A DNA stretch of 51,197 bases from Polymyxa betae A26-41. Lineage: Eukaryota > Protista > Endomyxa: Phytomyxea. Positions 12,191 through 23,411 of this stretch are shown piece by piece. The notes under the pieces are model-generated. The model had not been told where the DNA came from. It did no database searches and saw nothing but the letters and a program-made list of their open reading frames with translations. A program made the position numbers and the translations under genes. The stretch covers positions 1 to 51,197 of the forward strand of contig RBZT01000470.1 of the NCBI GenBank assembly GCA_003693705.1, in the 5' to 3' direction. Position 1 is the stretch's first letter. Each line of letters begins with the position of its first letter.

Positions 12191-13780
12191 ATGGCGACTA
12201 ATTTGCTGATCCTTGGTATCGTTCTCCTCGCCGACAGCTTTGCGGCGAATCTTCAAAAGCGCCAATTACCACGATTTGCAGATTGCTATCGCCAAACGGG
12301 AACAATCGCGGAAGGATCGCAAACTCGAATCTCTAAAGCGCAGCCATGTAGCGGACAGCATCCGGTCGCCATAGAAACCTTTCCTCTCAATGACACCATC
12401 TCCGACCAGCAAGTAAATTTCTTGAAACAATTCGCAGACAAGCCGTTCGCTGGGATCCCGCGCCTATTCGATCTGGTTGAAAATCAACGGCATCTTCACG
12501 TCGTTATGCAATATTTTCATGGTAATTGAAACATGAGGATTTTTTTATTTTTTTTTTATTTAAAACTTTTTCGGTTCATTTGCCGAACAATTTGTGCATG
12601 ACTTAACGAAAATTTGAAAAGTTTTTTTTCTTGTTTGTTATTTCAAACTTTTTCCCTTTATTCGCCGAACTATTTGTACGAAAATGTGAAGCTTTGTGAC
12701 TGTTTTTATTGGCATAAAGTCATGTTTGTTTCTAGTTTGCATCTTAATTCTGTTAAGGGCGGGAGCTTCAACATTTGGAGATCGCTGGCAAGCTCGTCTC
12801 TCCGATGGCAAGAAGATCGCATCATGCGCGTCCTATTCAAGGTCGTCGCCATCATCAATCACGCTCATGACGCCGGCTACCTACATCTGGATCTGAAACC
12901 CATGAACTGTATGTCCATCATGCAGCGTCGAGAGATGATGACGCTGACCCCCTGATAGTCCTGTACGACCAGGCGCACCTCAACGTTATGATCGTCGATT
13001 TTGGAGGGCTGCATATGGGCAAAGAAATGGATAGGACAACAGTGAAAAAACTTTAAAGGTAAATGATTTCATTTTTAGAACTTTTGAAGAATTAAAAAAC
13101 TTTTTGGGTTAGGTTGGCTTTTGCGATATCATTTTTTGAAGTTTCCATTTCAACATCTCACACGTTTTTTTAGAAAATTCCAAGCTGCAAATTTTTGCGA
13201 TATCTGATTGGTGCTTTAAATGTCTTTTTTGAAACGAGTTTTCACCATTTCCACTTTGTTTCTTTTTTGTGCTCATAGTCTTATTTCTGAATCTGGGAGT
13301 CCGTTCCCCTCCATATTTTTTCTGTGCTCTCTGATTGGATCACATAGTCGAATTATGTGGTCGCCCAATTTCGTGGCGCCCGAGATCCTCTCCGAAAAGG
13401 TGGCCGGCTATCCCAGCGATATCTATTCGATTGGAAGATGCGCAGAGCATCTGGTCTGGTCGGTTCCAGAGCGCCGCCGTCCAGTACTACTACCACGTCT
13501 CTCCCATTTCGTCGATTTGACGATACCGCGGAATCCATCGCTACGTTGCACAGGCGACCAACTGCTACGGCACGCTGTGTTCCAGCCGGAACGTGACCGG
13601 ATCGGGATTCGGGAATGCCACGACGTCACGTCGACGGAATCGCTGATGCAGATCGTGGACCTGCACGGCCAGAATCGGGAATACTGGCAGCGGTTTGCGG
13701 TGCCGGAGAATGACCGTCATCTGTGCCCGCTACAATTGCATTCAATTATGGAGCGTTTTCTGCGAATGTCTTTTCTATGA
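12191..13780 (+). pseudogene. Signal-peptide-bearing Ser/Thr protein kinase-like gene (4 exons), disrupted; likely pseudokinase
   Basis: Signal peptide MATNLLILGIVLLADSFA; kinase motifs VAIE, MQYFHGG, HLDLKPMN, DFG, FVAPE, SDIYSIG. Introns 12522-12757, 12909-12958, 13059-13347. There is a 1-nt phase mismatch at intron 1 and an in-frame TAA at 13054-13056. Confidence 0.75.
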
Positions 13781-14256
13781 CTTTTTTCCACTTTTGTCTT
13801 CAGATAATACAGCGAATGAGTCTGCTACTTCGTTTACTTTAGTATGTTTGTTTTTATATGGGAGACTCTGGCCATTATTGTATAAAATATTCCTACGAGC
13901 AGGTTCGTTTTCGAACTCAGCGAAATTCTTGCAGCTGGCAGTTTTCAAATGCACAGCTCGAATTCCATTTCCTGCAATCAGGTCATAATACGCACTGGCC
14001 ATTTCTTAAACGGTTTTCAGCTTATAGAATCGATAGCTCTACGACGCTGTCTTAGAGCAAAATCTGTGATGCCAGGATCTGCAATTCTCAGCATGAAAAC
14101 TGAATCGAAATTCAGAATAAAGTTGCCGGTTATTTGCTCGCAATTTTCGGACTACTAACGATCGATTCATAGTATGACCATCATCCAGAAAACATTTGAT
14201 GAGTCCCATAGCAGAATGATCAATGTACCGTATAAGTTAAATTTATGAATGTAATG

Positions 14257-15001
14257 TTACCCGACAGTGTAAGTATTGAATTGCTGATTGGCGACAGATT
14301 CTAACGCATCCATTAACCTCTGCCGCCAGAGTTCTATTGGAATAATATCAATCGCAGAGGTTGGAATGTGCAATAAACTTACCGGATTCGGCTTTGGCCT
14401 CCTCAAGCTCGCGACCGCATTCGTCATTCTCACGACTGAGATCAGAGATCATACGCAGCTGCTCTTCTTCGGTGGAGAACTCAGCAGGTAACGATGCCAT
14501 CAATGTATCAGCTGCATCAGAACATTAACCAGATTGCGAAAACGTCAAATCCAACGAAAAGGCCAAAACAGCAATTATGGAGTGCGACAGCAGAACAAGA
14601 TTAAGCGCAAGAACCACAAAGCATTTTCTGAGCACAAAACAAAAAACCATCCATCATGTAGAAGTTTTTTGATAAAAATCAGATACCAAATAAAAACAGT
14701 CAAATGTGAGTTTCTAAAAGTGAAGCGAAACAAGGGTGTTTAGAAAATAAAAAAAACGAGAGTCATCGCTCAAAAAACTTGTTAAGACATCACGTTAAAT
14801 AGGAAATGAAAGAGAGGATGAAACTCGACAACTTTGGGCGAACAGTTTGAAGAGGTTGAGAGCGCGATCGCGGAGCGGCGCGTCGTCGAACTGCTGGTAA
14901 TGGACTGGGACCGACGGTGACTGCATCAGGTACTCGACCGTATGGGCCAGCGACGACGACAGCGTCCTGACGAAGCTCTGGATCTGCGAGACCAGGTCCA
15001 T
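14257..15001 (-). CDS. MED21: Mediator complex subunit 21 (Med21/Srb7), 3 exons
   Basis: Spliced product MDLVSQIQ...LFAQTDTLMASLPAEFSTEEEQLRMISDLSRENDECGRELEEAKAESELWRQRLMDALESVA matches the Med21 pattern (D.LI.SLP..SEE.QL..I..L..EN). Canonical GT-AG introns. Confidence 0.8.
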
Positions 15002-15635
15002 GATTCGGAAAGCGACAGCTGCTGCTTCCGTCTAAATATCGAATCCGAGAGAGATTTACAAAACTGCGCAGTGGCGCAGTTTAATTTCCAGATCACGTTT
15101 CGTGCTCTCATTGATTATCTCCCACTTGGGATCACAAACTGGCGAACAGACTTCTAATTATGCGGAATGTGGCATCCTATATTTGGTAAACGATTTATTG
15201 ATAGTTTGATTCTGATCAAAATACTTCCCAATGGGAGAGAACATTTTTCAGAACAATTAAATCATCTTTCAGATAAATTTCACAAAGTGAGGGTGGTAGA
15301 TGATGACACACTGCGACAGAGAGAGACCTCTTAATTCTCAGGCATTAGGGTTAAACCCTGACAGCAGCATTTCTTCGATATCCCGCTGACCTTAATACGA
15401 TCTTTCGTCTTCTATATCCTAAAACCAGCGTGTTTTTCCTATCTAAGCAACCGCCAGCATTAAGTTCCGCTGATCATACCCCCCCCCCCTGAAAGCAAAC
15501 AATAACCGGAATTTGAGATCTTGAAAGGAGCCCGCGATTTTCTTTGAAATAGTCCAGATTTACGTCAAACTTTTTGTGATAATTTATTTTAGCCTTTGGT
15601 TATAAAGCTTATCGGCAACAATGCGATACAATGAT

Positions 15636-16505
15636 TCATTCGTCATTTAAGCGGAATAGGGCGAGGGCATTCTCGGTCGAGCGACGCGCGATCTCGTCGG
15701 CGGTCGTACCGTCCCCGTAACAGTCGGCGAGCTTCTCCGCCACGTAACGCAGCAGCGCGGGTTCGTTGAATTTGGGCCTCGGGCGAAGAGCGTTGCGCGG
15801 CATGTTGCGCGGCATCAGATACGGGCAGTCGGTCTCGATCAGGAGGCGGTCGAGCGGGACGTGCTGGACCACGGCCGCCAAGTCGCCACCGCGGCCTTCG
15901 CGCTCGTCGCAGACCCAGCCGGTGATGCCGATATGCAAGCCGTACTGGCCCGTGAGGCGTTGCAGGTGGCCAAGGTCGGCGTCCGTGTAGCAATGTGCGA
16001 CGCCCGCCCAGGGACCAGCATGACCGTGCTCCAGGGCGGCGCAGAAATCGTCGAAACAGTCGCCACGGGCGTGAAGGAAGACGGGAAGCTGAAAGTCGCG
16101 GCTCAGATGGAGCTGAGAGGCGAAGGCCGCGCGCTGCTTGTCGGGCGGCGACAGATTCCGCTCGTAATCGAGACCGCATTCGCCGACGGCCACGACGACG
16201 TCGCGGTTGGCGTCGATGAGGCGGCGGAAGTCGTCAATCGGAGCCATATCGGCGGCGTAATGCGGATGGCAGCCGACGGTGCAATAGAGAAGTGGGGTCT
16301 CGGGGCGCCCCGACCATTGCCTGCATAGCTGGATAGCAGCAGAGGACTCCTTCAGCGTCGTGCCAGTGATGATGATGCGCTGGACGCCGGCCGACCAGGC
16401 CCGGTTCAGGGTGGCGCCAAGGTCGATTCCGAACTGATGGGCGGTCAGGTTGGCCCCGATGTCGATCATGGCGTGGCGAAGTGGCGCTGGACACGACAAC
16501 GCCAT
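15636..16505 (-). CDS. tatD: TatD family DNase / 3'-5' exonuclease
   Basis: Motifs MIDIGANLT, TVGCHPH, AVGECGLDY, LPVFLHAR, GVAHCYT, GITGWVCDER, LLIETDCPYL, NEP. Intronless and GC-rich. Confidence 0.95.
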   Translation of the reverse strand: MALSCPAPLRHAMIDIGANLTAHQFGIDLGATLNRAWSAGVQRIIITGTTLKESSAAIQLCRQWSGRPETPLLYCTVGCHPHYAADMAPIDDFRRLIDANRDVVVAVGECGLDYERNLSPPDKQRAAFASQLHLSRDFQLPVFLHARGDCFDDFCAALEHGHAGPWAGVAHCYTDADLGHLQRLTGQYGLHIGITGWVCDEREGRGGDLAAVVQHVPLDRLLIETDCPYLMPRNMPRNALRPRPKFNEPALLRYVAEKLADCYGDGTTADEIARRSTENALALFRLNDE

Positions 16506-16856
16506 GGCTACAGATCAACAGCTCGTTCTTCCTACCTTCTTGTGTGCGCAGTTTTAACTAAACAGAGCTTGTAAATTGCGTCGGTAAAGTGCGCAGGATT
16601 TCTTTGGCTTTCATGGAGAATTTGGTCGCTATCGCCTATCGCCTTCATTCCCTGCGATCTATCCTGGCCAACTCGGATTGTCATTGCTGATCTATTCTGA
16701 ACGATTATCCGACTTTTTTTAATCAGAATCTGGGGGGCCGCTTAATAACCGCCTTACTATCTCTTTTATATTCAAAGAAACTTTCCGAATTGGAAAAGAT
16801 CCCGCAAAAGTTTCGCAACGACGAAGTCCGTCGATCAGTGTCTCTTTTACCTGGAA

Positions 16857-18880
16857 ATGGTGGGCGCTTCGATTCCCTTCCTGAAACTGAGCCTATTGCT
16901 GCATTCAATCTTGAGCCTTGTAATGTTACAGATTCTCTGGAAAACAATCTTGTTACTGTCTATTCCCCCGACCTCACAGACGCAGGAGGATTTCTGTGTC
17001 AGAATGAAGTTATATCTTCATTACTTCATATTGGAACGCTATCAAAGTCACCATCTTTAGTGCATAATTTTCCAGCTTTACCTCCTATGCATGAAACTAT
17101 CAATGTAATGTTTCCTTATCAAGCCTCATGTCTTAGAAATCGCTGAAATGTCCAAAATCAGAATGTTGATCAAATTGAAACTATCTCCAGGAAACGTCCT
17201 CGTATTGACGAGACATCATCGCTAACCGACCTTCTGTGTTCCTTCAATCATGATGTCTCTGATATCAATGATTATAACAGTCTTTGCAAGTTTCTGGTGA
17301 ATTGTGATGAGCTTTTTTCCCTCTGTGTATTGACTGAAGATTAGAACAAAAAGCCGAATGATGAAGAACTTCTTTTTCTGTCTTCGAAATCCGATGGTGA
17401 TGCAGCTCAAAGCTCCAAGATCAACTCTCAATTCATTATGAATGTGAAAGGACATGATCTGGATGTGAGCGAAATCAAACGAGTCCGTTTTGCTCGAACC
17501 ACCTTACAAAGGCTAATTCTGATTGCGAATCTGTATCGGAAATTGATCTGGGCCTCCCGGAAATATGAATGGTCGTGCAACGATGATCCGAAAGCACGGG
17601 ATTGGATGTATATGGTGTGTCGTCCTGTATTACGATGTGTCATGGAATGCTGTCAGAAAGATCTCCGGAGATTTCAGTCCCTCTGGGGGAATCCCTTCAG
17701 GCATTTCAAACCGCATGAAGAATGTTCCGGAGATGAATGCCGATCTAAACTGACAGCTGCAGATCAGCTGATGAATCTATTCCGAGATCGCCCTATCGTC
17801 TGTATCGATCGTCCTGAACTTCACAGTGACGACAATCCGTGCTCAAAACGGATGAAATTTACTTCACCATCAACGGAACTCAATCTGCCTGTGTTTAGCT
17901 GTATGCCTAAATTTCTGAATTTTTTTGATTTTGATGTCGAGAAGATCACAAACTACAGATCTCTGTGTGCTTTTCTGGTGAGATTTTTTCATATTGAGTT
18001 GGAAATGCCACACTGAAATTGTACTTCAGAAAAAGCAGCCTGATGATGACGAATTCGCTTTTCTTACTGATACAAATATATTGTACCCATCAAAATGCAA
18101 GATACAAAAAGTTGGAAAAGCTCCCGTTATTATCAAAGTTCTCGATGATCAGCTCATATTGACCGAAACCTCGAAAATCTGCACTTCGAAGTCCACGTTA
18201 CGGAAGTTGATATTGGTGGCCAGTTTATGTCTAAAATTAGTTCGGGCCAAGATTACCGACCCGAAAATGCAGTTGTCAAAAGGCGTTGAGAATTGGCTGC
18301 GGCGAACATGTTACTCAGTACTTTCATGTGTTCGAATTTGCTGTCAGAACGATCTTCGGTGTTTTCAATCTCGATGGGGGAATCCGTTTTCGCATTCTGA
18401 TTTTCGAACGCTTTGCTCCTTTCACAAAGACCACAGTAAACAGTGCGGATTTGAGACTCTCATTGTCAGTGACAATATGAGATATTCCATCTCATCACAA
18501 CTAGTTCGTGATATAGACGATCAATTTCATTGTCTATTAAGATATTCTATGAAAAGATTTGAGACGGTATCTCTGTGTTCAAATTTATTTGGTATTTTCT
18601 GAATATATCACAGAATCGCATGTTGGAGTGTATTCAGCTTATGAGTGATGAACTGAAGGAGCGGAATTTGGATTCATCAGCTGAACTGTGTGAGTATCTC
18701 GAAGATTCTCTAAATCCAATATTATACTGTCTTGAACATCATTGTAATAATGATGTCAATTATTTCTATCATATATTTGGTCAGTATATAGATCATTATC
18801 AATTTCAACACAATCACTGTCCTGGACATACTGGACAATGTCCTGCTCTATCTGCAGTAAATTCTATCCAAACTATTTGA
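16857..18880 (+). pseudogene. Cys/His-repeat protein, copy A (5 exons), with a 10-nt deletion frameshifting the signal-peptide region
   Basis: Four short GT-AG introns join the ORF pieces. It is a paralog of 19314-21346; alignment shows 10 nt missing after ATGGTGGGC...CTA. Confidence 0.7.
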
Positions 18881-19313
18881 TGAATAAAAAATATTTCAAT
18901 TTGACTCAGCTCTACAAGTTCTAAAGCTCCATATCATCACTTTTCATGAAAATGAGAAATGGATCCAACAGACCTTGAGAATGGATTGGATTTTTCTGGT
19001 TCGTAATGCCTGAGGCTGTGCAGAGACTAGCAGCAAATAGCCGAATCTATCAGGAGCTCTACAAACGGTTTTCAGAACCTTTCCGCCTTAGTTGACGTTA
19101 TCATACTACAGGTCGGCCTTCTAGAGTCTAGAGCGACCTGAAATATCATGGACAGACCATGTATAAATAAAAGCCAACCAATAAATTAATCCCAATACCC
19201 CGGACAACCCCAAAACGGATTCGATACAAATTCCATCACATTTTCATGAAAAGAGGGCATATGGAGCGTTAGAAATTTGTAGAGCTGAATCAAATTGAGC
19301 AGTTTTTTATTGA

Positions 19314-21346
19314 TCAAGTAGTCTTGCTAGCATTAACAGCAGATAGAGCAGGACATTGTCCAGTATGTCCAGGACAATGATTGCGTTGAAATTGATAATG
19401 ATCTATATAACGACCAAATATATGAGAGAAATAATTGACATCATTATTACAATGATGTTCAAAACAGTATAATATTAGATTTAGAGAATCCTCGAGATAT
19501 TCACACAGATCAGATGATGGTTTCAATCTCCGCTCCTTCAGTTCAACATTCATAAGCTGAATACACTCCAACAGGCGGTTCTGTGATATAGTTCAGAAAT
19601 ACCAAATAAACTTGAACACAGTAATACCGTCTCAAATCTTTTCATCGAATATCTCAATAGACAATGAGCCTCATTTTCTCTATCATAAACTAGTTGTGAT
19701 CGGATCGAGTATTTCACATTGTCACTGACAATGAGCGTCTCAAATCCGCACGGTTTACTCTTGCCTTTGTACATAGAGCAGAGCTTGTCAAATTGACTAT
19801 GTAAAAACGGATTTCCCCATCGACATTGAAAAATCCGAAGATCATTCTGACAGCAGATTAGAAGACATGAAAGCACAGGGTAACATGTTATCCGAAGCCA
19901 ATCACGACATCCTTCACGTCTGAAGCTCAGTTTCGGGTCGGTAATCTTGGCCCGAACAATTTTTAAACATAAACTGGCCACCAATATCAACTTCTGTAAC
20001 GTGGTCTTTGAAGTCGCGATTTCCGAGGTTTCGGTCAATATGAGCTGATTATCGAGAACTTTGATAATAAGGGGCTTTTTTGCACCTCTTTGTATGTTGC
20101 ACCTTAAAGGGTACAATATGTTCGTATCAGTAAGAAACGAATACTCGTCATCATCGGGCACCTTTTTCTGACATACAGATTTAGTGTGAGAGTCGACATT
20201 CAAATATTGAATAAATCTCACCAGAAAAGCACACAGGGATTTGTAGTCTGTGATCTTCTCGAGATTAAAATCAAAAAAATTTAGAAAATCAGGCAGAGTG
20301 CTAAACACTGGCAGATTGAGTTCCTTTGAAAATGAACTACGTTTCATCCGTTTTGAGCACGGATTTTCTTCACTTTGAAGATCAGGAAAGTCAAAAGAGA
20401 CGAAAGAACGATCTCGGAAAAGATTCATCAGCTGATCTGCAGCTGTCAGTTTAGATCGGCATTCATCTCCGAAACATTCGTTTAAGTGTCTCCGATGATT
20501 GAAGGGATTCCCCCCAGAGTGTCTGAAATCTCCGGAGATCTTTCTGACAGCATTCTATGACACATCTTAATACCGGACGACACACCTTGTACATCCAATC
20601 CGGCAGACATGTCCATTCATATATCCGGGAAACCCAGATCAATTTCCGATACAGATTCGCAACCAGAATCAGCTTTTGTAATGTGCTCTGAGCATTACTG
20701 ATTCGTTTGATTTCGCTCACATCCAGATCATGTCCTTTCACATTGATAATGAATTGAGAGTTGATCTTGGAGCTTTGAGCTGCATCATCATCGGACTCTG
20801 AAGACAGAAAAAGACGTTCTGCATCATTCGGCTCTTTGTTCTAACCTTCAGTCAATACACAGGGGGAAAAAGCTCATCACAATTCACCAGAAACTTGCAA
20901 AGACTGTTATAATCATTGATATCAGAGACATCATGATTGAAGGAAGACAGAAGGTCGGTTAGCGACGATCTCTCGTGCATACGAGGACGTTTCCGGGAGA
21001 TCGTTTCAACTCGTTCAGCATTCTAATAATGAAAATATCAGAAACTTCTAAGACATGAGACTTGATAAGGAAACATTACATTGATAGTTTGCTGGATAGG
21101 AGGTAAAGCTGTAACATTATCTATATGATGTAATAAAGATGTTGGTGTTGATAGCGTTCCGATATCAGGTGAATAAGATGTGACTTCATTCTGACACAGA
21201 AACCCTACTCCTGTGTCTGTGAGATCGGGAGCATAGTCAATAACATGAGTGTTTTCCAAATCTGTAACATTACTAGGTTCAAGATTGAATGCAGCAAAGC
21301 ACCCAGATAGAGTCAGTATCAGGAAGGGAATCGCTGGGCCCACCAT
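19314..21346 (-). CDS. Putative secreted Cys/His-repeat protein, copy B (5 exons); one +1 G in a homopolymer
   Basis: Signal-like MVGPAIPFLILTLSGCFA; basic motifs SRKRPR and SKRMKR; three PV/IL.C...(C)C..D...F...W/FG repeats. Extra G at ~20510-20515. Confidence 0.65.
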
Positions 21347-22059
21347 TTTCAGGCCAAGGAGACTCTAACCGCCGGACTTCGGCGTGGCGAAACTTTTGCG
21401 TGATCTTCGCGAAAGGAAAATTAAAATTGAAACCTTCGATTGAACTTCCTCAAAAATTGACCAACTTCGCGCACTGTTTCAACAATTCTGCGCGCAGTTT
21501 TAACTGAATACTACTCCAGGATGAAAATCGGATTTGAAGTGGCCGGATTGGACTGTTTTTGAGACGATAAATGACTATTGTCATTAAGTATGATGTGGCG
21601 GTGATATCTTCGAATCACATGGCATTCAGGACACATATGGTAGGAGCTCCTCCTATTCAGTTTCGGAACACAATGTATTTCATCCGTTTTGTATACGGAT
21701 GTTCGGCCTTCAATGTCAGGACCTAAGAATGTCTCAGTGAAGTATATGATAGGCACCTGTTAAATCCAATATTGACTCGAATTAATGTATCCTTAATTAC
21801 AATGGTGTTCATGATTGTACAAAAAAATGGATCTAGAGAGTATCGAATATGACGAGTGAAAATTTGGGTTTTAGGGTTTTGGCTGATGGTGACTTAGTTC
21901 CCATCCGCAGTCCGATGAGTCGGTCCAGACTGTTACTGAACTGACCTTCCGTGGTGAATAATGCGAATGAAGAGTGAATTCCCGATTCATCGAATACCTC
22001 TCTTTTATTAGAATTACTACTCGTCGCACTACTTCTAATAGAATATATTCTCTGAGATC

Positions 22060-23330
22060 AGTTCATGAATTTCAGAGAGTTTTCTGTGGCCAGTAGGAGC
22101 AACGTTTCTGCCTACGGGGATATCGTATACGAAGATGAGCCATAAAAAACATTGCGGTTGGAACCCTGGGAGATGCCATTCTCCTTTGAGCGAGATATCT
22201 ATGGTTTCGTACCATCTGTGAGCCGTGATTGAGCGGTCTGTTAGCCATTCATAAGCAATATTGGTCCAATCTGCAAAAAGTGTCAGTTTCGGCATTGTTT
22301 CCACCAAAATGTGCTTGAGAGCTCTATCTTATGCTTTTGTAAAGTCATACTGTATTGCTCCGAATTGCTGATCGTTGCCCATCGCCGCTCCATATTGTAA
22401 CAGTCGCATTAGAGCTTGTGTGGTGGAATATCCTGTTTACATCCAAATTGATGTGGAGGTTTACCCTTCGATAGGCTTACGCATGCCTATTTCATTCTAT
22501 CATTTTCGATAGGCTTTGCAGTAGGCTAATTGGCCGTATTCTCCTGGCTTAGGTTTCAGGAGTGGTAAAATTTGGGCTGCTTGTACTTCCTTTTGGAAAG
22601 GCTTTTAAAAAAATTTGGTTAATGTACAATAGGATGTCGCTTACAAAGTCTTGATCTTCACAAGATAGTTTTAAAGTCGAATAGATACTCCATCCGTCTT
22701 TTTTTATAGGTTGGCTTTCGGGATTGCTTGTTCTAACTATCGCTTGGTGAACAATTGTCTACCATCTGTGAGTATTGTGGCTTCAATTGTCTTAATGTCA
22801 AGCTCTAGTTTCGCTTGTTCCTTTCTTAGGTTGAACGTCGCTCTGCCCAAAGAGCTTTCGACCTGTGTTGCGATGTGCTCAGCTTTTGTGTCTGCTTGAT
22901 TCTGATGTATGAGATTTTGTCGAGATTTTTTTGAGTTTTGGCTCAAATTGTTTGATGAGTGTGTCCAGCTCCGGCTGGATTCTCACATGCTCTATCAATT
23001 TGAGTAATATTTTACTCAGCTCTTGTTTTCTTTAAAAGATTCCGAAACTGTTTGTTGTGTCTTTACTTATTCACGGAATAGGGCTGCAGTATCTTAATTG
23101 TGCCAACCAGAATTCGCGATTGCTTTACCTGCCTTCTTTTGGAAACGTACCGCTTTTGTAAGCTTTTGTGTCCAAATTTTGCTTGGTCTATGCTGTATTG
23201 TCACAGCCAAAAATTGCTCAAGAGAATCACATCCAGATTTATCAGTATCGATTGTTCTGCTTGTAAAGCCACCTGAGCTCGTCTTCATCAACTGCTCCCA
23301 GAAAATCATTATCTATCTAAATTTATAGAA
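22060..23330 (-). mobile_element. Degenerate LINE ORF2 (linker plus reverse transcriptase)
   Basis: Broken frames give QILPLLKPK, RPISLLQSLSKMIE, QFGCK..YSTTQALMRL, YDFTKA*DR, WLTDRS, LWLIFVYDIP, which are non-LTR RT motifs. Confidence 0.85.
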
Positions 23331-23411
23331 TCATGGGATTAAAACCACCATTGAAAACATCTAGATTGATATCTGCAGAGATAGATGTGTCGGTGGAGGC
23401 TGCGTTCCCCA

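Larger units (their letters stand above)
16795..21410. repeat. Large inverted duplication: arms ~16795-18954 and ~19238-21410 with a ~285-bp spacer
   Basis: Exons, introns and 3' flanks of the two genes are reverse-complement homologous. Confidence 0.9.

Noticed and set aside
13054-13056. Stop-codon reassignment (TAA read as sense)
   Set aside because: MED21, CET1 and H3 terminate normally at TAA, and the tRNA-Gln anticodons are standard CTG.
12522-13347. Non-canonical introns in the kinase gene
   Set aside because: Intron 3 is explained by canonical GT(13059)-AG(13347) plus a nonsense codon. Intron 1 is explained by one extra G in a G-run. All other modelled introns in the window are GT-AG.
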